This document shows positions 23,761-36,300 of a stretch of DNA of 64,000 nucleotides, piece after piece (position 1 is the first letter of the stretch; every line of letters starts with the position of its first letter). Below the pieces are notes generated by a model, which was not told the DNA's origin, made no database searches, and saw only the letters and a list, made by a program, of their open reading frames with translations. Made by a program: the position numbers and the translations under genes. This DNA is from Tubulanus polymorphus (taxonomy: Eukaryota > Animalia > Nemertea), in NCBI RefSeq assembly GCF_964204645.1, contig NC_134035.1, positions 7,968,451 to 8,032,450 of the forward strand, in the 5' to 3' direction.

Positions 23761-25412
23761 AATCAATAAAAACAGGATAATTTATTGAAATTCATTCGAA
23801 CTACCATCAATTCGTATTTTAAATCAGAACCAGATTGAAATCATGCAGCCCGGCGATTTAAAAATAATCAACCGGGAAATTTCTTCGGAGCAAATGCGTC
23901 GTGCGTGCAAAAATTAGAAGTTTCACCATTCAAAAAAGAGAACGAACACCACGCTATAGAACAGAACGGTAATTTCCTAACGCATCCAAAAGTCATCGGT
24001 ATCGAAGGTTTTGTACGTTATAATTCGGAACAATTTCACTGCTAAACCATATACCGTATGTGAACTTGAATGATAAATACACTTCATAATTGTATAAAGC
24101 GATTCGCACTTGCTTCGACATAAAATAAGACATTACTCAATTTCTATGTAAGTGTAGTTAGTATAAAATTCAGTTGAAATGTTTGTGAAAGTACGTCATC
24201 CCAGACACTCTTTGTAACTGAAGATTGATTTGCATATATTACATGAACAGAAAATAACGTCGTAATGGTACGGTAAAACTTGCGCTTAAGTCAGAAAAGT
24301 TGAGACTAGCAAAATATGTCTAGCCAGAGTAAGCCGGATTTAAGGGATTTACTGAAAAAATTTGACTGATAACGGAAATTCAAATTGAAACCGCTTCCCA
24401 TGAAGGACATCATATGGTTACCAGGCAGGTAACTATTTGACATCCTTTCGCAAATTTCTTAGTTTTTCTGGTGAATTTTCGTTTCTTTGTATTGAAACTT
24501 TTCTAATAACACGACCAGGCTTCCATGAAATCTTGATGTCATCATTTCAGATTTTAGAGATGAAATATTTGTCCGACCTTAGGCAGCATCGGATTTATAA
24601 AATCCAGAGAGATCGGCTTAGAGATATCTAATCAGAATATGCGTTCAATTTTCCAATTACTAGTGTTCAAACATGCGCAAGTTTTACTGTAGTACATGTG
24701 ACACTTCCTTTGTATTGGCCTAAAATTTGTTAAAAAATGGATCCACAATGGACAATTACAGAATACATTTTCATGCACAGCGAAAATGTGTTACGCAGAC
24801 AATATCTTCATGTACATGATCTGTTCAGATGGAGTCAAAATTATACCAATTTCACCTGGCAACCTGTGATGGAACTGAACTTGGTCAATAGCCAGAATAA
24901 TATCCCTTATGTCAAATGTTAACTCTCACGCGGCGGTACTGGAACCAATCACTCTTCAATAATTGTTAATTAAATGTCACAAAAGGGCATGTTCAAAGCA
25001 AATTTGGTCGCTGTACACTGTGACGTCGTTTCAATGAACTCCACGGGACCAGAAAATCTGTTCAGTATAACTGATAGTTCATTATGATATCCAGTATGAA
25101 ATTCGTTATATCCAGTGTGAAATAATGAAATTTTCTTACTTGAGACGAAATTTCATATTTGTCATATCTGATGAATCGTCGTATCTGAGTTCATTATAAC
25201 GAGGTTCCACTGTATTAGGTAGGCACTAGTAAGCTAAAAGTCATGCGTGTTAAACAGGATGTCTGAAGTACGGGGGACTCTAGTTCTCATCAGAAGCCAT
25301 TAAATATCGATCTTTTCTTATCGTAAAATACCTGACACTACCGAATTGATACAACACGGCAACATTCAAATACGCGTACACGTGCGCGCACGATAAAAAT
25401 ACGCGACACCTT

Positions 25413-25426
25413 TCATCGTCATCTTT

Positions 25427-25459
<33 letters not shown>

Positions 25460-25460
25460 T
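25413..25460. repeat. (CAT)n microsatellite
   Basis: About 10 perfect CAT units with degenerate flank. Confidence 0.9.
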
Positions 25461-27350
25461 TCGAATCACAGAAATGCAATCTACGTAAGTTCTTTCAACG
25501 ACGAAAAACAAATACCATAAATATACACAAGCTCGTCAATCATTACAGTTAGCAAATTAAACGATTATTAATTCATTCGGTTAAATATTTACAGCAGCGT
25601 CGAAAAATACATCACGATCTTCGAAACGCAGTTAAAAAACCTTCTTAATCCAGTCTACTATTCCGGTGTTCATACCGATCGTACCTATTTATTTCTCCAT
25701 TCCCGAATATTCTGGATTAAGCAGATTTTAGCGGCGACTCATTTTACCGCTTATAAACAACGCTCGAACTCGACGTTTTCCCGTAATTATCACATGGGAA
25801 ATAAATGCGAACTTCGTTCATTCTGGATTAATCAATAGTTTGAGGCGTGGGCGAATCTCGTCTTATCTTTTAGTAAAATATCAGCTTTTTTTAGAAAATA
25901 TCATCAGAATCCGATAAAAGATAAATCGTAAAGAGAATTCGACGTAGCAACAATTATCGTCACTTTTAATATAGATTCTAGCGTTCGCAAACCTCAACGT
26001 GCTATAATAGCTATCAACATCAGTTCACTTTTTCAATGACATTCTACGTGCGTATCAATATTGTGCATCTAAAAATCATGGACAATGTTGTCAACTAATT
26101 GTTTCAAGTCCCCAGGGCCCGGTTTTATCATTGACAGAGTTGAGTTAGCCCCCGGGTTATAGGTTAACACCAGTCAATGAAACCGTGCCCAGAGTTTGAC
26201 CGAAGTAGATCTTACAACATTCAGGTGTCTGTGGCATAAGCATATTTGTGCATTCAAATCATACAGCAGACTCCACAAATCTAGGTAATCCATTCATTAA
26301 CCCGTCAAAACCAGTAGGATGATAAAAAGTTTTTCTGAAAATCTACACCGGTTGCCTGTGCTACCGCTACAAGCAGCGGAGTCTACCGTACACTACGTCG
26401 ATGATACCACGGACTTTCAGATCCACGATACTAAGTTTGTGATGGACTCTACACTATACTAAGTCAAGGGTCGAGTTCGAATGGTCATTGTTTAGTACGG
26501 ATTTCAAGATCGACTAAGTAAGCATCAGGGCCAGTTGCGCCGAAATGGCCTCAATTCGAGACTGGTCTTAGCCGATCTTCGTTCCATAACTCTTGGCGTC
26601 ATAACCAAGCAATCGGGATTAATATAAATGGAAATATTCTCTTTGATCATTCAGTTAGATCCTTAAATAAACATTTTTTGTGTTAAACATCAGTTTTGCG
26701 CATCGCTCATGATCAACAACAGCGTATTTTATCATCATTATATTTTTGAAGGATATCTTCGAAAATGTAACCGAATTCTCAGACAGAAACACGTAATGAA
26801 GACTTCTTTAAATCAAAGCACCATCCTATCATAATAACACGTACATAAATCTGATTCATAAAAACATTGAAATTAGAAATTTTGAACAGATACGAACGAA
26901 GACATCATGGTAGCCATTGCATTTACATTATTTTTTTTTTAATTCCGACAAAATGCACCACTATGAGACAACCTATACCAGAAAAAAAACTCATGGTCTA
27001 AAACCGAAATTGATGTCTGTAAATGTCGGTTCAAGCAGGTACATGTAGCGTATCGCTTCATTTTCGACCAAAAGCGATATTTCAACTTTTTTTCTTCAAA
27101 TGTCATCATAACTTGCGACGAAGCGGGATGTGTCATTTGCATTCACGAGTAGAAGTCATCATTATTCGCCGAATGAAGATACACATTGCCGGTCGATAAT
27201 CGCATGCAGGCCAGGGCAGGCAACAAAGCGCTACGCACGCACACACACGCACAGCGGTATGAAAGCGAAAAATCAGCATCCAAAAAGAGTCGACTGTCGT
27301 ATATTGTTCATATTCGCAAAGTATTTTTTTTATTATCGATAATAATGTTT

Positions 27351-30300
27351 TTAACCACCGAAATTGAAATTCGATGGAACTGACATTGTTGTGAAGTTGT
27401 AGCCGCCGGCTTGCTCTATTCGTTTTGATTCTGTAAATAGAGCAACGATTCATTAATAATGATTACTGATAATCGAATATACGTACATAGGCTTCCTACG
27501 AACCAGTTATTCCTGGATATACCGGTAAGTTGGGTTCCTACGAATCAGACATTCCCGGCTATGCCTTTAAGTTTTCAAGGAGATATTTCAAATTTCGAGG
27601 AAGTGTCTGCATCATTTTTATATCCCAATTACTGTAGACTGCTCCTAAATCGGTACTGTTTATCTCGGAAAACCGATAATTTGGTGGTGTCCTATGCAAA
27701 TTCCTATCCTTTCTTTGGTAACCACAATAACTGTACCATAGGCGTAGTCAACTTACTGCACAACTTTCTAATATAAAAATTTCTAATTGCCTATTACTCA
27801 AAATGGAAGGAGTTTAAAAGGAGTTTCTGACATTCAGCTCAAATTAAAGGAGTTTCAAACATCTTTAAACGCATATTTAGTTAAGTAGTTTTTAAGGAAT
27901 CGAGAAGTTGTAAGGAGCCTGACAAGGTAAACCACCGATATAAGACGAAGATCTAGTACACATACCTGCCGCTGCGAGGCGCTGGTCGGCGAGAGTGAAC
28001 ACCTCTTTCAAATCGTTCATTTGATCAGGGGTTAATACGGAGGTTAATGCGTTATACCAGGCTGGATCAGTATGCTGCAAACCTGCAAATAAAGTCCATT
28101 TTGTCAAGTGAAATTCAATCAATTCTTAAACCCTTTCTCTGTGTCTACTCTGCAATGTAGCGCGTATTCATCCATCACATCATTTATTAATTTTCACATT
28201 TTTTTCTACTAACATAGGGCGTAAAACTGTTAGTGAAAAGGGGTTCAGGTCCGGACTGAAATGCCCAAACATTCGTTTAAGTTAACCTTCACATAAATAT
28301 CCGGGTAACAGTAATGCAGTTTTCATTTTCACTTATTTAATCTATCTACAGGTTGAATTCGAGCCAGTGATAGCTGAAATTTTTTCGAATGCAACATTTT
28401 TGTTATAACTTACTCGAATATAACAATTTAAAGGACATAACCGTTATAACAACCAGATTTTTTGCTCCCCCGAAGTTCAATGTTCCTCTGTTCTATGAAT
28501 AAGTCAAAATATAACCCATCTGCGCTATTAAAGCTTATCCATTGTGATTTCTTGTAAACTGTCAAAAATCTCTTGACACATAGCGCAAAATGAGCGACCT
28601 TATCTCTCTTCAGGGATGAAAACAGCCCATATTGAAAAAGTCGGAAAATATTTTCAAAAAAAAAAAAGAATTTTCTTGGGGAACAAAAATCAGTAACTTT
28701 TAGCCAAAAAACTTACTTCCTTTTGGTCAAAAGTTTGGGCCTGAATTAGAGCCGCTTTTTGAATGAGACGCCATATTGGTTTCTCCGACTCCACAGTTGT
28801 GCTAACAACTGCCGAAAACCGTCTTAAGGAGCACTCCTAACTACGGAGTGCTCCGATGTGACACCCGCGATTGAGGTGATTAAAGCGATTGAGGTGATTT
28901 ACACTGTTCTCAGGAATAAAGAAAATGTTAGAAAAGGTCGGAAATCCGTCTATGGTCGGAAGATTTTCATCCCTGTCTCTTACTCTATCCATCAATCTTG
29001 TATAGAACTTACTTTCTAAAATGGATTTGAACACTTGGTATTCGTCGACGGGACAGTTATCGTCGTCCAACGGAGTCTGGTAACTTTCGAGCGCCGTCTC
29101 TTCGATACCGTCGTCGCTGAAATCATCGTCGCTGTCGTCGTTGTTAGCCTAGCAGACGCAAAACGAATAACAATCATTCAACGCACAGTTCGCGTGGGTT
29201 ATAAGTGTTTGGCTCGTTTCAGAGCTATCTGTTAAACTAGAAATAAGCGAAAATGCTTCTTGGGCTCGGACTCCAAAATAACCATCTACTGTCATCGTTG
29301 TTAGCCTAGCAGACGCAAAACGAATAACAATCATTCAACGCACATTTCGCGTGGGTTATAAGTGTTTGACTCGTTTCAGAGCTATCTGTTAAACTAGAAA
29401 TAAGCGAAAATGCTTCTTGGGCTCGGACTCCAAAATAACCATCTACTGTCGTCGTTGTTAGCCTAGCAGACGCAAAACAAATAACAATCATTCAACGCGC
29501 AGTTCGCGTGGGTTATAAGTGTTTGGCTCGTTTCAGAGCTATCTGTTAAACTAGAAATAAGCGAAAACGCTTCTTGGGCTCGGACTACGAAATAACCATC
29601 TGCTGCTCGTAAATGCAAACCACTGCGCTATCGAAAACCGACAGAAAACTTACACTTTTTTGTAATTTTTCCAGATATTCAGCACTGGCTTCATCGATTT
29701 CATCCTCGTCACTTTCGAGATCGCCATCTACGAATTCATCGTCTTCCTCTTCATCGTCGTCGTCGTCGCTGTCATCTTCGTTAGCACGACCTATCCGTTG
29801 GAAACGGAAACATTCATTTTAACAATCGCAAACATTCAGTTGGGGGTAGTACCTAGTACGTAATTATCATTAACTATCAGAAATCATGTTTCATCTTATA
29901 TAGGGTCCCTACAGATCGGTCATTCCTGGATATAAGGAGTTTTTAAGGAGATAATTTCAAGAGGAAGTGTCCGTCATCACTTCCATATCCCAATTGTTGT
30001 TGTAAACAGCTCTAAAAGCGTTTTCTGTTTAGAAGGAGTTTTTCAGGAATCAAGGAGTTGTAGGGACCAGGCGCGGATCCAGGACAAAATTTTAGGGGTA
30101 GCACAAAATCAAAAGGGCAGGCATCCCCTTTAGATGCAATTCCCAAACACTTGGGATTCTTTCCACCAAATAAAAACATAGTAATAATTTTCGGGGGCAC
30201 ATAGAAAACCTAGAGGGTAGCACGTGCCCCGTGTGCTACCCCCTAGATCCATGCCTGGGGACCCTGTTATAGTAAAGCATGGAATGGCGAATCTGATAGG

Positions 30301-33300
30301 ATTCGCTAACGTCAGCACAAAGTGCACCTTGGTCTACTTCAATTGATGTAAGATTGAAACGAGAATTCAAATTCTTACTTTCATAAGCTTTCTTTAATCC
30401 GGAGAACAGCATGAGAGCAGACGGCAGTATCTTCGCGGAGATATCATTCACCGCCTGAGGACGATTATTGGTGCTCATTAAAGCGCACAGACCGAGTACG
30501 GCTATTTTACGGTCGTGCAATCTGTAATTGAAATCACCGAAATTAAACTTCCAACTTTTTTAAGATAATGAAATACCACATCGCCTGACGAGCGGCTTAC
30601 AAGAACGTTAAGTTAACCATCGAATAAATACCGTAGCAACAATACAGTTTTCATTTTCGACAAGTCATTTAAAGAAAAGAAAATTCCCCGACTTTTTCCT
30701 CATTTCCAGAGCAAGTAGCCACCACCCTGCAGAACTCCGTAGGAAATATCTAGACAGTCGGCAGATTAACCTCGTCGCTCTCATAGGTAATGTAACGCCC
30801 CTCACCAGAGCATTTTCCCATATTCATATTTATTTTCGATTCAGTTCAGTATTTGAAACACTGATTCGCCATCTATGAGTAAATAGTGTAACTAAATTGA
30901 AGCAGACGATCATTTAGAGCGTCTATACACCAGCGGCGCAGTGACTCACCACACCAGCAATTGTAGTAAATGAATATATTTGCGACGTAAATATACGTCG
31001 CGCATGGTGAGAGGTCATTATTTGCGACGTAAATATACGTCGCGCACGGCAGCGAAGAGGTTTTAAGCATACGAATACACGAATCGCTTACCCGAGGAAA
31101 CAATCGGTGTCGTGAATCCACTGTCGAAGGAACTGCACGGCGATCGACTCGTTCGTGTTCGGCAAGTGACGATTCTCGAGAAAATTCAACATATACGGCG
31201 TATTGTGATACAACGCGGCGATGACGACCTGTAAACACATCGTACGCAGTTCCGACGTTCGAACTTCGCGCGTCAAACGCTCGAGCGCTAACACGACGAA
31301 CGAAGTGACGACGTTGTCTTCGATATGTCCTTTACACTGTAACAATATCACCTCCAATAGTTTCGCGGCGTGGCATTCGGCGTCTTCACCCGACTCTCTC
31401 GTTAATATCTATACCAGCGAACATCGCGAAGAGAAAGATTAGAATAGTTAGAACGGATCAATCATTCCTGGATCTAAGGAGTTTTTAAGGAGAAAATTTC
31501 AAATTTCGAGGAAGTGTCTGCATTACTTTCATATCCATATCATAAAGAGACACCTCCTAAATCAGTACTGTTTATCTCAGTAAACCATTAATTTAGCGGT
31601 TTTTGTAAACAAATTCTAATATCCTTTCTAATTCGGTAACCGCCTTAGTGAGGAACAAATCCTGGTCCTATATGTAACGATCCGATTTAGGCGTGCTGTG
31701 CAACTTATACAGTTTCCATAATTCCCCCACTTCTCTGATTTCCAAGTAAGTGATTTCCGATTCAATTTTACGTCAATCTATCCCAAAGAAAAATACTTTT
31801 CGCCCCTTTTTTAAGGACACACAATATGTATAACATCAACAGTAGTTATGGATGTTGAAAAGTGAACTTACAGCGTTGCACATGTTGTAAACTTTCCCTA
31901 ATCGTTCAGACGTCAGGAAAGCAGCCGTATCTACGGTGACATAGTTGTGTAATGCGGGCATCATATCTGTAATCGGCAAGCATTTTAACAAATAGTACTC
32001 CCGGAAGACATGATTATACTTGAACTCATACATTCACTATGAGATCTAACTCTGATATCACTCAAATCGCACAAAGTTTTATGGTCCCGAAAGTGCAGAC
32101 GGAGTCAACTGTACTATGTTTCTATGCAATGGCGGACTGAGGAGGTCCTGGGTGCCCCTCTTTTTGTCGACCAAACACTCTTTTCATGAACAATAATATG
32201 AGAACATTTTCAGAATGCACGCAATACACATCAATATTTCATCGAGGAACCCCCAGACCTTCACTGCATGTATGGTTCAATCATGTATTTGCAGCAGCTG
32301 CAATCTTGTTACTTGTAGGTGGTAGGCAATGGTCAGGTGAACTGTGGAGTCCCAAACGATTTTTGATAATTTCTCAAATGGGCAGTCTTACCAGTGAAAT
32401 AATCGAATCCATCTTTCTGGAACATCTCGTGTATTTTCTCGAACACGAGCCACATCGACGGCGAGATCTGTTGACACGTTAAACTGTAGATTAACGACAA
32501 AACTTCTTCATAAAACTCTGAAATATACGCGAGGCACATTTTCCAATTATATAAACCCTTATTTCTAAACAGTGCAGGGTTAAATGACTCTCAAATCAAA
32601 GAAAGCAAAAGTTTCAACTATTCAGTCTTTACATTAGGCCCTATACAATAAACATCATAATCGTAGCTTCCATAACGCTACATAAATTGTTATACACAGG
32701 ACTGATTCTACTGTTCTGAGTTCAAATTTTAACTAGTGAACTCACTGAAAATAACTGATTTAACTTAAGGAGTTCACTTGAACTCACAATTGTGGAACTG
32801 GATCCGGATTGAATTGGATCGTGCAAACCGCATGTACATTTTCTAGCAAACCTCCTATAATACTTTTTATAATACTTTTCTGTTACTAGAAATCAAACCC
32901 GCCACAGGGGTGTTTACTTTTTAAATGCTCCCCAATGCTAAGAAACAGTCTTAACACAGCTAAATAGAATCCCGAATAGAAAAGAGTCCCGAATAACTTA
33001 CCCAAAACATTTTGCTGTAAGATTATTTCAACAACGGTTAAAACAATTCCTTCCAAGTGCAGTAAAATCTGAAAATAAACATAAAAAACGTGCTTGATTT
33101 CTTTATGAGCGGAATTCACTTCACAACATGTTATTAATAATACTGACCTCTTTTTGGTCTTCCATCACTGTTAAAATAGTTTCGATCGTGTTCAGAATTC
33201 CCATTGCTGTGATCGCTTTTTCATCGGAGCCTTCCGAGTCTGACTCGACGACTTGCTTGAACGTTTCAGCCTACAAACAAAGGATAATGTAGTATCAGTT

Positions 33301-36300
33301 ATTTCATCCTGGAGAATCCTTGAGCACGAGTAAATGAGGCACCGGCATATCGAATTATCTCGAACGAGACCGATCTTACCAGATGGCGGGTCATTTCTAT
33401 TGCCAAAGGAGTGATTTCATCAACGAACGTACAGACGAGTTTCTGCATAACACCGGTCAAGTCGTCGTTCTCGGTTTCTCTGATGATTTTCAGCAGTTCT
33501 ACACGAAGAAATAAAATAACCAATATGTTGCTTACACGAATATATTACTACCAAAAATGATCGATTCACATTTCTAGTCTGTTAATTCACAAAACATAAA
33601 GCTCGGGTTTCAATCTGTTCTTCACGTGGATTTGAGCGGACCCATTATTTCATTCGGAAGTACGTTAATTCAGGGGCAGTCGTGAGCAGGAATGGGTAAA
33701 TCATCACAATGAATCGGAGAAAGAAGATTTGTAACATATTGTGAGGAGCGGTACGCCAAAATACGAGGCAATTGACTTCGGGTAAACAAAGTCTATAGAA
33801 TACACAAATGCTTCAACAGTTTCACCATCATTATATCAATTGCACACTAACTTTCATCTCACCATCAGTCAATAGACAATATGCAGTAGTAACTCACCTA
33901 ATATTATGGGTTTTATATGCGGCTTGGTATACATTTCAGCTGAAACATTCAAGAAAAATAAACGTGTAGCAATCGTGTGATCATAATCTTTATCTGGCAA
34001 TTGATTTAAAATAGTCCAATGAGTTGATATGAAAAGTAGTCACGGCCTAGGACCAGTCACAGGGATGAGAACGCCCACCTGTAAAATCCGCGGGTTTTTT
34101 TTTCTTGAGTTACACACGTGAACAAGTTGACGGCATAGCCGTCAGCACTAGCGAGCGCCAAAAGGCGCGAAGCTATTTCCGGAGGTTTGGCGGCCCTCCC
34201 CCAAGAAAATTTTAGAAATTAAATGCGTTTTCCGAGCACTTAGAGCGATCTTGAACCCATGAACGACTATTATATTTTGGAAGGTAATGGCTAGTTCCAA
34301 TGTGGTACATCCTCATTCGATGACATTCAACATCTCATGCATTATGGGTCGAGCCCTGAATTATTGCAGTAAATATGCGCCGATGAATGCTCACTAAAAA
34401 TCATCACCCCATAGTGTATAATATCCGAAGACGTTCGCCACACACGCGCGGCAACAGTAAGTAGGCCTATATACATTACTACTGTTGCCGCACGCGCGGT
34501 TCGGCAACCGATCGATAAAATACATACACACTCATCAAGATCGTAGTACAAATGTAGATACAAAATCACTGTGTTGCTATGAATATGCATTGAAATACGA
34601 TACTTTTACGTGACGATGAGTAAAACAGGCACTGAACGCTTTTACGGTTCACCTGATTACCGATCGCGCCGGACCAATTGAGTGAGATCACCCCCCCCCC
34701 CATACTTTTACATCATTTTTGGACTATTTGGAAAATTGATATTTTTCAATACCGAAATCCGCGGGAAACCGCGGATCCGCGGGGAATTCTCATCCCTGCA
34801 GTCAGAAGTTGTTATATCAGCCACAAACACCGGTATCAAATCTAAGCCTAGACCCCAGGAGATGTGGTAACGATTACCTTTAGGTTGGCTAGTGATTAAC
34901 ATCTGTAAAGCGATGGCCGCCTCGACTCGGACCGGTAAGTCTTTATCGCCGCACAGACAGGTTTGAGTGAGATTTAACGCCTGCGCGAGATTCATTTCGT
35001 TCTTGAACTTCACCTCGCTGAAGTGATGTAACACCCAGTTAGCCTGAAACGAGCAGATTAGTGAAATGAGTTTCTAGCGTGATCTATCCATACAGAAATT
35101 CCACAATAATTTCAGCCAAAGGTGAAAAGCATTGCTCAAATATATCATATATTTATACTTCTATTTGAAAACTTTTCATTTCAGGTTTGAATTATTGCGG
35201 GATTTCTCTTGTACATTCATCTTACATGCATACCGAGTAGCTTCTAGATTTATTATGTAACAAAAAGGTTATTTTTTCTTGTCTAAATGAAAAGTATTTC
35301 TTGGCCTAAAATAAATTAATTTTGTAAAGCTTCGCCCAAAAAGCCGAGATCCTTCATCAGAATGTTTAATTCATTTGATTTGTCAATTAGTTTGCAAATG
35401 CAGTCACACTTTATTTTACCGAACTTTACACGCATCAGAGTGACATAGATTGGGACTTATCCTGATATTCTAGGGTTAAAACCTTTGACTAGAAAATCGT
35501 CATATCGGTCGTTGAATACTGTAACATATTGTACTCACCCTTGCTCTGAGGAATCCGTGTGAACTTTGGAATTCGTCGAAAACATGTGAGGCTATCATCA
35601 TTTCCACTTGATCTTTGTATATATTTTTCTACGTTTAAGTAAAGAATGAAAGTCGAACTCATACTAATACAATATTCATTAGTGGCAACACAGATTATAA
35701 GATTCGTAGAATAGCCACGACTTTGTTAACAAGGTTTAGAATAAATAACAAGACGAGTAGTACTATGTTGGTTAACTATATATTTGACACACGAACTTTT
35801 GCTACTAATGTATAGAAGCATCATCAGACTCATTCACTTGATGAAGCTACTATATGCAAGTAGCGAAAGCTGGTGCGTCAAATAAATAGTTAACCTATAT
35901 AGCACTACTCGTCTCGTTATTATTACAGATTAGACTCAACCTTGTACCTTCAACAGTATATCGGCGACTGCGCCTATCATGTGTAGAGCGCCGTCTTTCT
36001 GACGAGGACCGACGTTCGGCGTTCGCAATATCGACATACAGAAATCGACGGTTTTCTGTAGAACGCCTTTACGTTTAGCGACGGATGAATGTAGAAGAGT
36101 TTGCGCCGCCGTCACCGGAGATACGAAATCTTCGAAAACATCTGCAAAACATAAAACATATTCATCATCAATTAAGATTTATGTACAATCATGATACATG
36201 CTATCACACAGTTTACATACGAACAAAATCTGCGGAGTATCTATCCAAATCTTGGATTACCAGTACCGCAGAGTCTACTATATTTTGGTTATTGCATCTA

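Noticed and set aside
23143-23766. ORFs of 106, 89 and 94 aa as host genes
   Set aside because: They are pieces of a decayed RTE LINE and a MITE.
29149-29491. Duplicated 61-aa ORFs
   Set aside because: By-product of the 157-bp tandem repeat.
29613-29822. Poly-Ser ORF on plus strand
   Set aside because: Antisense of the acidic IPO7 exon 21.
30585-30660. CTGACGA hammerhead-like start (also CTGATGA at ~35355 and CTGACGA at ~37834)
   Set aside because: No intact stem II plus GAAA; too degenerate to call.
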